Shown: positions 42,062 through 55,469, numbered from the stretch's first letter. The stretch: 64,000 nucleotides of DNA from Octopus sinensis (GCF_006345805.1 NC_042998.1:127286001-127350000); one strand, 5' to 3'. Numbers and translations are program-made. The notes: generated by a model not told the origin, from the letters alone.

Positions 42062-42443
42062 TACAGGGTAAATGTTTTTTAAATTTTCTCCTGTTTACGG
42101 AATTGACTTTTATTTGCAGTTGAAGCTTTGGCTGTTATTTCTAGTGGGTGAATGGCCTATTATGGCCGTTCCTTGATTGTTGATGTTGAACTTAAAAATG
42201 GTCTATGACTATTTAATTTTTTCCACTAGGCCGCTGGTGGCAAAAAAATTCTACAAAATTTTTTTTGCCACCCTATATTGATTAATTATGAATTTTCTGG
42301 TTAATTCCGTAATGGAATCGACGGCTTATATTTATTTGCTGCCGATAAATTTGGCGCAAGTGCGATGATTTGAAAATTTTAGGTCAGATATTACCTTGCA
42401 GGTCAGAAATGCCTCGTGAAAATATCTGTTCCGACTTGTGGCT

Positions 42444-42550
42444 ATTTCTTACAGAAGAATCTGAGGGCATATGGAAGATTGGCTTGATTTAATTTAATCA
42501 GGTTAGTTTGCCATTAAACAGCAGATGAAACGGTGCATCGTATAAGAAAT
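42444..42550 (+). ncRNA. Hammerhead ribozyme, array copy 6 (core mutated to CAGAAGA)
   Basis: U4 changed to A at 42453; the rest of the fold is intact. Confidence 0.7.
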
Positions 42551-42867
42551 TACAGGGTAAATGTTTTTTAAATTTTCTCCTGTTTACGGAATTGACTTTT
42601 ATTTGCGGTTGAAGCTTTGGCTGTTATTTCTAGTGGGTGAATGGCCTATTATGGCCATTCCTTGATTGTTGATGTTGAACTTAAAAATGGTCTATGACTA
42701 TTTAATTTTTTCCCACTAGGCCGCTGGTGGCAAAAAAATTCTACAAAATTTTTTTTGCCACCCTATATTGATTAATTATATATATATATATATATATATG
42801 TAGGTCCCGGGTTGAGTCGGGGTTAACCACAGTAAATAAGGTACTCAATACATAGCAGAGTAAATTA

Positions 42868-42961
42868 ATTTATTTTATAGAAGGAGCTTCTACAGGACTA
42901 GAACTGTTTCATTTGAATGAAACAGTTCTAGTCCTGTAGAAGCTCCTTCTATAAAATAAAT
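42868..42961. repeat. Perfect palindrome, 46-bp arms, 2-nt centre
   Basis: atttattttatagaaggagcttctacaggactagaactgtttcatt-tg-aatgaaacagttctagtcctgtagaagctccttctataaaataaat. Confidence 0.97.
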
Positions 42962-43050
42962 ATATATATATATATATAACAAAACTTACTTGGAGGAGAT
43001 GAAACAAAACGAAAACGAATCGAATCGACGCGAGGGCGCTCAGTCATACA

Positions 43051-43578
43051 ATAGTGTAATAAATAAAATATATGCATACATACATACATATATGTACGTA
43101 CCTACATCTACATGTATATATACATGCATATATAAATATATATACGTGAGTACAGGACACTACATATAGACGTACAACTCAACGAGAAACGAAAACGTAA
43201 AAACAAACGTGCAAACGGACCTAAACGAAAACAACAGAGTACAAGACAAACTACACAAGGAAAAATCCCCTTCATCAGCTGTCCCTAGTTCAACTCCAGC
43301 GTGTTTCGAAGGTGAGGACGTGTTCTGTCCTCACCTTCGAGTTGAACTAGGTACAGCTAATGAAGGGGATTTTTCCTTGTGTAGTTTGTCATGTACTCTG
43401 TTTTTTTCGTTTAGGTCCGTTTCCACGTTTGTTTTTACGTTTTCGTTTCTCGTTGAGTTGTACGTCTATTTGTGGTGTCCTGTACTCACGTATATATGTA
43501 TATATACATGTATATATACATGTAGATGTAGGTACGTACATATATGTATGTATGCATATATTTTATTTATTACACTAT
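43051..43578. repeat. Long inverted repeat, ~260-bp arms, 7-nt loop (43320-43326)
   Basis: Arms read as near reverse complements; about 11 extra nt in the left arm near 43296-43306. Confidence 0.95.
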
Positions 43579-43612
43579 ATATATATATATGTGGAGAGAG
43601 AGAGAGACAGAC

Positions 43613-43645
<33 letters not shown>

Positions 43646-46600
43646 TGTTTCTTTATTAGCCACACAGGGCTGCACACAGATAGAACAAATTACAAGGTAG
43701 AGCTTTTCTTTTGAAGGTTTAAAAAAAAAGGAAGGGGGAGTTTCGATCAAAAGGATCGTAAAAGGAGAGAAAGAGGACAAAAAAAGGGGGGTTAAAAAAA
43801 AAGGGGGGAGAGGAAAAAAAATTGATCAATAGGGATCGTTATCACAGAAATGTCAATATGAAGTGTAAAGGGGAGGACAGGTGAGGTTTACCCGTGGAAA
43901 GAAAAGCCTACGGAAAAGACCACGGTAACCTCGGTCAATGAAGTCACATTTTATATTTCTTTTTTTTTTTTTTTGCAAATAAGCAACTCTCTGTTTTCGA
44001 TTTCTGGGTTCATAGGACTATGCTCAAGGTGGCTTCGTCATTCATACGTGCCATTCTTGCTACATTCACCCATCTTTTTTTAAAACATTCACTAGACAAA
44101 ACTTGCCTCTCTACTCTCACTTTCCTTTTCAAGTGGTACTTGAAGAAGTTGATGAGAGATTGACCAGAGAGGAAAGTGTTTGTCTCCAATCCTTTCAGAC
44201 GCGTCCACCAGATACATTCTTTCGCCATAGCCACAAGGATGATGAAAATAGCTCTTCCTTCCCGTTTGAAGGAAGGAGGCGTGACAATATTGACGATAGA
44301 CTCAGCTGATAAACCGACTCGTCCCACACGTGACAGTTGTTCGACATAAGCCCACAGGTCGGAAATTGTTGGACACTGAACGAGTGCGTGCAGAACGGTT
44401 TCGTCACTCTGACCGCATCTCGGGCAGGTCGGCCCCGTGTTTCTCGAGCCGTGTCTGTAGAGCTTATCCCGAACGGGTAGCGCTTCTCGGTAGCACTGCC
44501 AGGCCAGGGATCTCTGGAAGTTGTCCATGGGCCCTGGCCCGAAAGTCGTCCTGAACAGGCGGGTCAGGTACTCCTCGTCGACGTCCAGGTTCGCCCCGAG
44601 CTCGTCGTCGTACCTCCCCTCCACTAAACCCCTATAGAATGCTTTGGTTGTGTTGAAGTCACTTAAGGTCGACCCAGGACGGCAGAGTTGCTTGAGAGCA
44701 ACGCGACACTCGCGGTGCCATTCGCCCTTCCTCGGCCTCTTTTTGATCCACGACTGCAGTTCGGTCATGGAGACGAGCTGCGGGAAAGCGTGCCTCACAA
44801 ACGGCGACCACACCTGTTCAGCGTCGTCTACATAGAGCCAGAGATGTCGCAGTCTCAGCGCGTGTCTGCGCATCATCAACCATGGCATGCCCAGCCCTCC
44901 TTTTAACGGGTGTTGACAGCAAATGGATCGCCTGACCATCGGGACGCATCATTTCCACAAGAAGCGAAAGAGGATGCGTTGTAGTTTGGTGATGGTAGGG
45001 TCGGGACAAGGTACGACGGTCAGGCGGTAGTAGATGACGGACGCGATGTACGTGTTCGCCACCTCCGCTCGACCTTTTAGGGACAGTTTCCTCTCGGCCC
45101 ATTGCCGGGCGAGAGTGACCACCCTACTCGTTATCTCGTTCCAGTTCTTCTCCACTTGGAGGTCCGGACCAAACCAGACCCCGAGCAACTCAACCGGGCC
45201 GTCGGTCCAGCGTCCCACGACGGAGGCGCTGGTGGACGGCATGGGCTTGCTTCTCCAGGTGCCTAGTCGCAAGCCCACTGACTTTTCCCGGTTGATTTTC
45301 GCTCCTGTTACCGCTTCGTAGTTTTTCAGTGTCTCGCCGACCAGCTCGATGTGCTCGTGGCTAGACACTATGACGGTGACGTCGTCCGCGTATGCAGACA
45401 CGCTCGTCCCGCATCCCAATTCTCGCGGGATGCCCCTTAGAGTCGCCAGCTTCCGCAGTAGTGGCTCAAGAGTCAATACGTATAGAAGCGCCGAGAGGGG
45501 GCATCCCTGACGGACCGAACGTGTAATGTCGAAAGGTCTCGATAGATGTCCATTTACGCGAATTACCGAACGGATGCCCCTGTACAAGGCAGCTATCCAG
45601 CCGCGGAAGTCGGGACCGAAACCAGCCGCTCTCAGGACTGACTCCAAGTATCGATGGTCTACCCTATCAAAGGCTTTCGATTGATCCAAGTTGATCAGGG
45701 CCCCACCCATGCCAGGTTCGTTAACTACCCTGTCTATGATGTAGCGCATCAGATGGAGGTTGTCATGGATGGTCCGGCCTGGCACGGCGCATGTTTGCGC
45801 CTTGTCGACCAGTTTCTCGATGACAAGCGCCAACCTCTCGGCTAGCACCTTGGCCAAAATTTTCAAGTCTGCATTAAGCAGAGTGATGGGCCTAAAGTTA
45901 TCTATTACATTTCCCTTGTTTAGATCTTTCTTCAGCAGTGTTACGGCTCCTCGGCTCACAAAACCAGGAATGCTCCCGTTTTGCTGCCAGTTGCAGTACA
46001 CCGCCGCCAAGAGATCTCCAAACAAGTCTGGCATACAATTGTAAAGCTCGTAGGGTAGACCATCCAAACCCGGTGATTTGTCCCTCGAGCATTCTGCCAT
46101 CGCTTCCCGCACTTCCGCCGCCGTGATGGCACCTTCGCAGCACCCTGCCTTTCTTGTCGAGAGTCGTGGTAGGCTATGTAGGTAGGCACTGAAGTCCACC
46201 CTACGTTCTTGCCCTCCACTCGTTCCGAACAGTCGGGCATGCTGCTGAAAGGCCTCACACATTTTACTTGGCTCGAGCATTCGCGCCCCTGTTCATCTAC
46301 CAGTGACCGAATGGTGGCTTTGTTGCCCTGTTGCGCCTCTGCCACCCGGGCCTCTCTCGCGGCTCCAACACCTTCGTTCCTTAGAGCACGCATCCTAGCT
46401 CTGACAGCACATCCTTCGTGTTTGGCGTCGAAGTGTTGGTCGAGGGCCAACCCTCCGCCCAAAAACGTCGATGCGATGCCGCTTCTAATTGCCTCTTCTA
46501 GCTTCTTAACTAGCTCACCCTCTACTCTATTTCTATCTATGGCTAGTGCTTTGCTGTACCTAATCGCTTCTGCTTTTACTGCTCTCTTGAGGGCAAACCA

Positions 46601-48221
46601 CCATTTGTTGTTGATGATGGCTCCCGTCAAAGCCCTCTTTACTAGTGTGCTAATCCGGTCTCTGAAAACTTGTCTCGATGGGAAAGACGCGTTTAGTTTC
46701 CAGTATCCGGGACCCTGCCTAAGTGTCTTACCTAAGTCTAGCGTACATGTCACAAGTTTGTGATCCGTGTAGCTGACTATGTGGAATTGTGGACATCCTA
46801 TGCTATCTCTATCTACTGTCCTACACAGTATCCTATCTAGATACGATCTCGACGACCCGATGCGGTTGCTCCATGTCCACGTTGGCGCATTCGGGTGGTC
46901 TAGTCGGAACCTGTCAGACAGTTGAAAGCGTCTGAGCAGGTCTCTGAGGCATTTGCATCCCCGTCTATTCCTATCTCTACCCACGTAGTCTACATGCGTG
47001 TCCAAGGTAGCATTCCAATCCCCCACTAAGAGTAAAGGACGAGACGTTCCCAAGAAAACTTCTAGACGTTGAAAGAAATCCGCCCGACCTGTTAAGGGCG
47101 GTGCGTAAACTGATACGAGTCGAAAAGCGCACCCATTGCTGCCGTCGACATCCAGGACGACCAGTCTACCCTCCGGTCTACGAATATTGTCCTTACATTG
47201 AGATCCAGACTCTTGTGAAAAAGTACCGCGGTGCCACTACCGCCCATTCTCGGCAGACAGGGGGAAAAATAAATGTTGAACTGTCCGCCAAACATGGTCT
47301 TTAGGGCCCGCGGATTGTGGAGTCTGGTCTCGCTTATGGCTATGATTTCTAACTTATGTGACTTTATGTCATTTAAGAGGTACCCTTGTTTCCAAGGGGA
47401 CCCCAAGCCACGCGCATTTACACAACCAATCTTGATCATAGTTCTAATGAATTAGAATACAGAGGGTTACTTACTGCTCGAAAGTTTTTGCTTTCTCCTC
47501 CGTTGGTTTGTCCTCGAGAAGATCCCAGTACAGTTTCTTTGTGAGATATTTTTGGCATTTACCAACCGCACTGGGGAAAATGCCTTTGAGTGTGTGGTGC
47601 AGACTTTTGGAGATGTGTAATATTTTGATGTGGTCTGGTGGTGTTGTGTATGGGTGATTGTTTGTTTTTATGTCATCTTCTGTTATGTTTGTTTTTGATT
47701 GGATGTATTCCATCAAATTTGTTTTTTTGGTGTCTATGGCTGTGAGCATGTTTGCTGTATATTTTTTGTGGTGTTGGTGTGGCTGTTGTTTGCGTTGGGT
47801 TTTGAAATGTCTTCGGGAGATGTATTTCCCCCTGCTTTGTTCGTGTTTGCATTTGGTTTGGTTGTGTTTCTGCTCTTTATTTTCCTTCTTTTTGTAGCTA
47901 TTTGCCATTCCTCACTGGTTTCGTCTTCCGACGAAATTTCTGAGGAATCAGAAGGGGTAGGGGTATGTTGTGGGCTTCTATGTATGTCTGTGTAAGTGGT
48001 GTGTTGTTGTTTTCGTTGTTGTTGGTTGTTGAGTGTTTGTGTGTGTTGAGTGCGGTATAAGGGATGGGGGATCAGTTTGTGTGTGTTTTCTTTGTTTTTC
48101 TGTTCCTTTGGGTTTTGCTGTTGATGGTGGTGTTGGTATTTTTTCAGGTGTTGAGTGGTTTTTGGTTGATGACGGATTAGCTTGGTGTGCTTCTCTTGTC
48201 GTCTTCTGTGTTGATGGTGGT
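43646..48221 (-). mobile_element. Tx1/L1-clade LINE, 5'-truncated in ORF1, embedded in (GATA)n
   Basis: APE, RT and CCHC motifs in ORF2; ORF1 C-terminal part 47471-48221; (GATA)n at 43614-43645 and 48224-48339. Confidence 0.9.
44010..47439 (-). pseudogene. Tx1-type ORF2 (APE endonuclease, RT, zinc finger) split by about 3 frameshifts
   Basis: CVNARGL...SETR; GDWN; YLDRI; TDH; GPGYWKLN; KSPGLDG; FRPITLLNAD; KAFDRV; RQGCPLS; YADD; CPRCGQSDETVLHALVQC. Confidence 0.9.
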
Positions 48222-48339
<118 letters not shown>

Positions 48340-48345
48340 TAGATC

Positions 48346-48740
48346 TGTGTGTGTCTTTGCATTAGTGTTGTCCCCCACCACCGCTTGACGGTTTAGGTGT
48401 GTTTACTAGCGGTTTTGGCAAAAGAGAACTGCCAGGCTTAGCAAATACAATTTATTAATGAGGTAGATTAATTTCACTAAAAACGCCTTTAGGCGGTGCT
48501 CCAGCATGGCCACAGTCTAATAACTGAAACATGTAAAAGATAAAAGATATACACATGTGCGTGCGTGTGTATAGGAGGTGTTTGTGTTTGGTCCTCAACG
48601 CCGCTTAAAACTAGCATTGGCTTTTTTGTCCCAGTAAGTTAGGGGTTCTATTCGTTCGACTCAGACCCGACCAAGACTTTTTAAGGCGGTGTTCCAGTAT
48701 GGCCGTACTCTGATGACTGAAACAATTGAAAGAATAATAA
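48346..48740 (+). mobile_element. Two decayed 3' halves of SINE family B
   Basis: ggcggtgctccagcatggccacagtctaataactgaaac (~48490) and ggcggtgttccagtatggccg...gatgactgaaac (~48686). Confidence 0.5.
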
Positions 48741-48777
48741 AAAATTTTGTATTTGTATTTATACATATACATCTGTG

Positions 48778-48870
<93 letters not shown>

Positions 48871-48879
48871 ATATCTATA

Positions 48880-48930
<51 letters not shown>

Positions 48931-49864
48931 TAAATATATGCGAATGAAATAAAAAGCGAGAACTATGGTAAATTTTTACTATAGAAAAGGAGGATAACAG
49001 AACTATGAAAAACAAGTTTCTTTTTCAATAATTGGCTTTTCAAATTTAAAATTAAATTTATATTCCATTTTATATATACATTGGTCTTCTAATGCATTCT
49101 TCCATTTCTTTTTCTGTATTCAGGAGAGAAAAATATTATCAAAGAAGAAATATGAGTGAGTTTTTTGATTCAAGATTGTTTTCATTTCTAAGAAGCATTG
49201 TTTTTGAAAACTCTGACGTAGCTTTAATGGATTCTGTTTTAAAATTACAGCATTACTTAAGAGAACACTCAGCTTTCTACACTTCAAATTATGTGCAATA
49301 TGTTTATGATAATATATATGCGGTATTTACTTTCGTTTCCCATTTATTGATATTGATATAGCTGTGTACACAAACTCACATATACATTGTATATCTATCT
49401 ATCTATATCTATATATATATTTAATTTTCTCTTTTTATTTTCTCTCCTTGTTTTTTTCTATGGAAGAGCGTAGGCTCGAAACGTTAAAGACTTTTTCTCT
49501 TCTCTAGCGTTAAACTAATACATCTGTTTGTTGTCTACACCACCTGTCTTCGTCTTTTGTCTTTTTTGTGTGAATTCTCCCCTACAAACACACACACACA
49601 CACACATACACACACATATATATATATATACAAGTGTAAAAATGATCAAAAATAATAATTCTTACCAGTGGTTAGCATGCGTAAAAATAGTCAGAAGACA
49701 TAAATATCTTTATAGTATATATGAGTGTATAAAATTTATACACGGAGAGAAGAGCACTTGGTTGAGGACATTCGATTTAAATTCTTGACGTATAAATATG
49801 GAACAAAGTACGAGTGTGTTTACTTTGTGTTTTCCGTACGTATTATAGTGTCGTAATTATATAT

Positions 49865-49963
49865 GTTTCTGACGAGCCACGGATGATTAATTCATCAATT
49901 AATTAACTGATAAATCGATTTATTTGATCAATAATAGTGAAACTCTGAGATATAGAGTTAACT
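49865..49963 (+). ncRNA. Decayed hammerhead fold with long stem II insertion
   Basis: GTTT-CTGACGA-GCCAC...ATAGT-GAA-ACTCT(GAGATAT)AGAGT-T-AAC. Confidence 0.4.
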
Positions 49964-50120
49964 GAGATTTTTCTTCATTCAAATGTCCTGCTCGCTTATA
50001 AGCAATGTGTCATAAATAAGTATATTTTTCCGTGGTTTGGGATTTGACTGCTCTTTTTACCAGGTAAGAAGTCCACTTTGCGAGGGGCGGTCATCGCTTA
50101 CACCTCTAGCCTTGCGTGAT

Positions 50121-50167
50121 ACACACAAACTCGAGTTTCTGGGTGGTTACTCGTCCTCAGCGTGTGT
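50121..50167 (-). ncRNA. Type I hammerhead fold in the 3' repeat of the Tx1 element
   Basis: ACACACG-CTGAGGA-CGAGT(AACC)ACCCA-GAA-ACTCGAGT-T-TGTGTGT. Confidence 0.7.
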
Positions 50168-53100
50168 TAATCACCAGCTAATGATAAATTCTTTATGATT
50201 AAATGGTCTAACATAGAGGGGACAGCACAGGACCTTACAAACATACAATGTTCATGAGTTCGTTTAGTTTATGTAGTTAAAAATATAGAATACTATATAT
50301 TTGTGATGAGTGTTAATTACAATGAATTATTTCACATTTTGGCCAGGAGGTCCACCGAGTACACAGTATGAATTTACTATGGATTTAAGCAGGGTTATTC
50401 ATATCTAACTTCCTCACCACATCCTTCCATATTTTCCTCGTATACGCTTCATGACAGGCGTCCCTTCTCCAGCCTTATCTTGCTCTTCAGATGATATATA
50501 AAATAGTACAGCAAACCAGGGCTGGAGATGAAGGTTTTCGTTGCGATTCCTTTCACCTCGTTTTACATATGCACTCTTTCAAAACTGCAACTGTGCATAA
50601 GAAACATGCCCCCTTCCTTTGACAGCTCGGGTGGCAGTACAATCTTAATCATACACTCAGCTGCTAGCTGTACTCTTCCTAAATGTGACAGCACGTGGTC
50701 CGTGTAAATTATCATGCTCGAAATCAAGGGCGTGCAGAACGGTTTCATCATCCTGTCCACACCTTGGGCATGCCGGTGGCACAGACACCCCATGTCTAGA
50801 CAATTTATCACGAACAGGTAAAGCACTCCTTATAGCACTGCCGGGTCAGGGATTTCTGGTAGTTATCCATATACCCCGACCCGAAAGTTCTTTTAAACAG
50901 GTTGGCTAGCTGGTCCTCATCGAGTTCCAGAGCTTCTCCTAGGACGTCATCCCTATTGAACTCTACCAGCCCGCTATAGAGTACCGAGGAAGTATTCCCA
51001 CTGCCAGCCTTGCCCGCCTTGTGGATTAGCACGAGTGCCTGTCGGCACACTTTTGGTCATTCAGTCAGATTCCGTCTTTTCATGAAACAGAGTTTGAATT
51101 CCTCCAAGGAGCCAGTCGCGGAAAGAATGTCTCTATCAGCGAATTCCATACCTGGTCACACTCCAGGTAGAATCAGAGGTGCCACAGCCTCAGTGCATGT
51201 CTGTGCATCATCAACCACGGCATCCTTAATCCATCCTTTAGCGGTTTTTAGCAGCAGAGCGCCTCACAAACGGTTTTCCCCGCTTCCACAAAAAAGCGAG
51301 AGGAGGCGTTCCAATCTGTTTAGCTACGAATCACGGCAAGGGACAACGTTCAGACTGTAAGTGATAACAGATGCAATATACACTTGTACCACCTCCGCCC
51401 TCCCTATCAGGGATAGCGCCCTTCACGACCAGGTCCTGATTATAGCCGCCGCCCTGTCTGCTAACTCACTCCAATTCGTTGAGAATCCGCTTCAAACCAG
51501 ACTCCAAGCAACTTAACAGGACCTTCCGTCCAATGTCCCATGATATTGGACGGTATCATTTTGCCACTCCAAGTACCGAGCCGCAAGCCGATGGGCTTGT
51601 CCTCGTTAATTTTTTCCCCTACCACCGCCTCGTATCCTTTGATTGCCTCCTCTACATAAGGTAGCTGAGCTTCATCCGTTACGGTGATGGTGACATCATC
51701 CACGTAAGCAGACTTACCACATCCCAATTCATTGGAGATGCCACCCAAATTCTCCAACCTCCGCAGCAATGGCTCAAGAGCACAGTAGGTACAGAATCGG
51801 GAACAGGGTGCACCCCTGACTAACGGAGCGCTCGATCTTAAAAGGCACCGATAGGTAACCGTTTATCTGAACTGTAGATTTGATGCCGCCATAAATGGCA
51901 GTGATCCAGCCACAGAAGTCTGGGACCAGCCCAGTTGCCTCGAGGACTGCTGCCAGGTACTGGTGGTCTACCCTATGAAAAGCTTCACTTTGGTCTAAAT
52001 AGACTACTGCCCCAACTTTACCGATAACTTACCCACCCTGCCTAATGTGTAGCGCAGGAGACGGAGTTTGTCATGGATCGACCTGCCTGGGATGGCGAAT
52101 GTCTGCGCCTTCCCAACAAGTTTCTTTGCGACATGTACCGAATTTTTAGCTAACACCTCGGCCAAAATATTTAACTCTATATTAAGTAGAGTTATGGGCT
52201 TAAAATTACTGATATGATCCCCCTTCCTCTGGTCTTTTCTGATCAGCGTCACCACTCCTTGACTCACAGAGCTGGGAATCCTCCCATTCTGCTACCAGTT
52301 TGTGCAGATTGAGGCCATCAAGTTCCTTAACAAATCCGGCATACTACAATAAAATTCATAGAGCAAACCATCCAGCCCAGGCGATTTGTCCTTGGCGCAC
52401 TTAGCCAGCACCTCTTCATCCTCCGTAGCCATAATCGACCATTCACAGCATTCCGCCTCCCATGCTGGGAGTCGCGGCCCACCGGAGAGGAAGTTGTTTA
52501 GAGGCTTCCCTGCCTCTCTGATTCTCCAACGACGTGCCCGTCCAGCAACGTTAATAACTTCTCTTCCCACCGCACAAAGTTTAGCTATGACCGTACCTCC
52601 TTCGTGTTTGGTTTGAGATGACGGTGCAAAACCTCTCTCACCGCCATCACTCTGGATGGAGAGCCAGACTCCATGGCCTCATCTGATTCCATAGTTAACT
52701 TCCCTTCTATTCTAGTCTTATCTAGACTTAACTGCTTGCTAAATCTAATAGACCCAGAACGAATAGCTAATTTGAGGGCGCACCACGAAAAAGAGCGTGG
52801 GCAACTAACAGTATCCTTATCTCTCTCTAACACTAATCCTGTCTAAATAAGATCTGCATGAACCGTCGTTATTAGACCACATCCACTGTGGAACGAGCGG
52901 TTCATCCGGTCTGTACCGGTCTACTAGATTATAGATATCTAGTAGCCTATTGAGATCAGGATTTCCCCTTCTATCAGCCGAGACAACGCTACCCAACCGT
53001 GCGTGGAGAATAGTGCTAAAGTCTCTTAGTACAACTAGAGTTTTTGACATCATTAAGAAACTCGCCAGGTCCCGGTAAAAAAACAGCATGCCTACACTCA

Positions 53101-55422
53101 TTTGGAGCGTAGACAAGTAACAACCTGAAGGACTGTTTACTCGCGTGTGTCACATCTGGAACGAGCAACCTACCTTCTGTATCTAGAAAGACTGCACTTA
53201 CCTGCATGTCCAAGTTTATCCTGAATAAGACCACCACGCCACCACTGCTCCGCCGACTAGAAGAAATAGATTTCTCGTAGCCATTTAGAAGGGGCGTGAA
53301 CACTTGTGGTCCACTCAGCTTGGACTCAGTTACAACACATATATCAATTTCTAGTGACCGAAGGTTTGTTCAGGAGGCAAGTTTGCTTCCATTTCGACCC
53401 TAGGCCACGCACATTTATGAACCCTAACTTAAATTCCATAGAAATTCGCACTTACATTTTGATTTTGGAGAGGGGCTGCACGAATTCAGCCTCCCCCATC
53501 CTCCTTCTTCTTTGGTGTAGCCGCTGGACTCACAATGAAGCTCCTGCCGACCACCTCTGCGCTTACGTCTTTTATATCTTCTATATACCTGTATGTCAGT
53601 TCATTGAACAAACTCACCTCCAACCTGGCCATCCGAATGTGAGGTGGCAAGTCTTGGTTCACCTTGTAGACTTGTGCTTTATGGTGTGTAGGTATAATTC
53701 GTGACAAAACTTCGTTGTTGTCCTTAAATGATACAATTTTGTATTGGGTGGGGTTTGGATATGTGTTTTAAGGGGGAGATGGTAGGGGAGTTTTTTTCTT
53801 GTATGTCTGCGGATGCTTTAGGTGTTTGTGTATGTGGAGAGGAGTTTGGGACTGAGGCCTTTCTTCTTTTTTGGGACTTCACTAATGTAAATCCTATTTC
53901 TTCTTCTGTGGGTGTTGGTTCGCTTTCTTTGGGTACTTCTGCTTTTTATTTTTTGGGGTTGTTTTTCTTTTTCTTCTGTGTCCTTAGATTTCTGTTGATG
54001 AGGAGCTTCGCTCTTTTTCTCTTTACATTCTGAGCGGGCATGGCCTTTTTCGGCGCACATAAATTAGCGCGGTCCACTTCCCTCGATGCTCACTCTTACG
54101 CTCAGCCCCTCCCCTATGAACACCCTATCGGGAAGACCTTCCGGGGTTTCGAAGCTGGCTTGGACCACTATTTCAAGTAACTGGCCTTTCTAATTTTCGG
54201 CATCTTTTTTCTGTATTTGTAGTGTTGACATTTTTTCTTCCATATCGTATGTTACGGCTGCTGCAATCCACAATACGTCCAAGCCAGCCGAGATCTTCAC
54301 TTTAATTTTCGCCGTTCTCCTCCCTAGATAAGTTGGAAGTAAAATAATTTCGTCATTTCTCAGTGTTAATGTCGACGCAGTTCTTTTGCTGTACACTCGT
54401 CAGCGAATTGTGCTTCCACTGTAGCGTTTCTTATACCGCGTCCGTCCGACGTATTTTATTTTATTGCAGATAGGTTGCATGCAATTCTCAATTACTTCAT
54501 TTTTGACAGATATTATTCGTTTTTCCTTAAGACTGTACGTCTTACAGATCACAATCTTGGCAGCTATATTCTGTAATATGTCTTGGGGTGGGAACAATTT
54601 CGTATCATTCCCTGTTTTCTTAATCATATTCCGATATTTAAATAATTCACCATATTGTCGCCAACGGCAGATGAAATATTGGTTCTTTCTTTCTGAAACT
54701 GTTTCGCACTTTCTTTTTCGTTTTCTTTCACTTTTTCCATCTCCGAGAAGTCCAAAATTGATTCAAATTCCATATTAATACAAAAATTCTTTTAACTGGA
54801 CATACAAACTTTCAAAAATTGTTTTTATAGATTGTCAAAAAATTTTGTCATTCACAAAAATAAGTTTTAAATAGTATCATTTTCACCGTGCAAAAGGGTA
54901 AAATTTAAAGTTTTAACAGAATTTAAAGTTTTAACATAACAGAATTTTCTGCCCCGTAAGGCGAAAATAACTGTTAACAAAACAACAGAGGATCAAATTC
55001 CACAGGTTCAACAGCAATTCAAAAGAATAAGAGTACAAACAACAGTAGAATTATAACATTAGAAGTACAACAAAATGTACTCACGAAGGCATCAGCAGAA
55101 AAATCCAAGAAAAAATCACCTGTTAGTGATGAAAACTCGCTCTAATCGCAAACTACTATATGCTTCTTCCAGCGATAAACCGTCGCTGATCTCGAAAAAG
55201 GAGAAATAAGCTATATTAAATCCCTGAGTGAGATATAAATAGTAACAATGCGGAATCGTAACATATAATTGCACACCAAGTGTGGCGTCCTATAAAGCAA
55301 AGTGCTACTGACCTTTATAGCCCCAGGAACACATCTCTTCCAGATGGCTAACGATACACATTCTGCATCCCATTAGTATCTGCGAGAGGTGGTCCCCGCT
55401 CACATCTGTAGCCCTGCGTGAC

Positions 55423-55469
55423 ACACACGGTCTCGAGTTTCTAGGTGGTTACGCCTCTTCAGCGTGTGT
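55423..55469 (-). ncRNA. Type I hammerhead fold in the 5' repeat of the Tx1 element
   Basis: ACACACG-CTGAAGA-GGCGT(AACC)ACCTA-GAA-ACTCGAGA-C-CGTGTGT; U16.1 mutated. Confidence 0.6.

Larger units (their letters stand above)
39736..42779 (+). repeat. Tandem array of ~490-bp units (6 full plus ~105 bp), retrozyme-like
   Basis: gttgaacttaaaaatgg recurs at 39737, 40227, 40714, 41205, 41694, 42185 and 42674; (TA)n on both sides. Confidence 0.97.

Noticed and set aside
39736-42779. CRISPR-like or coding repeat (ORF 41308-41508)
   Set aside because: There are no unique spacers, and the ORF depends on copy-specific indels.
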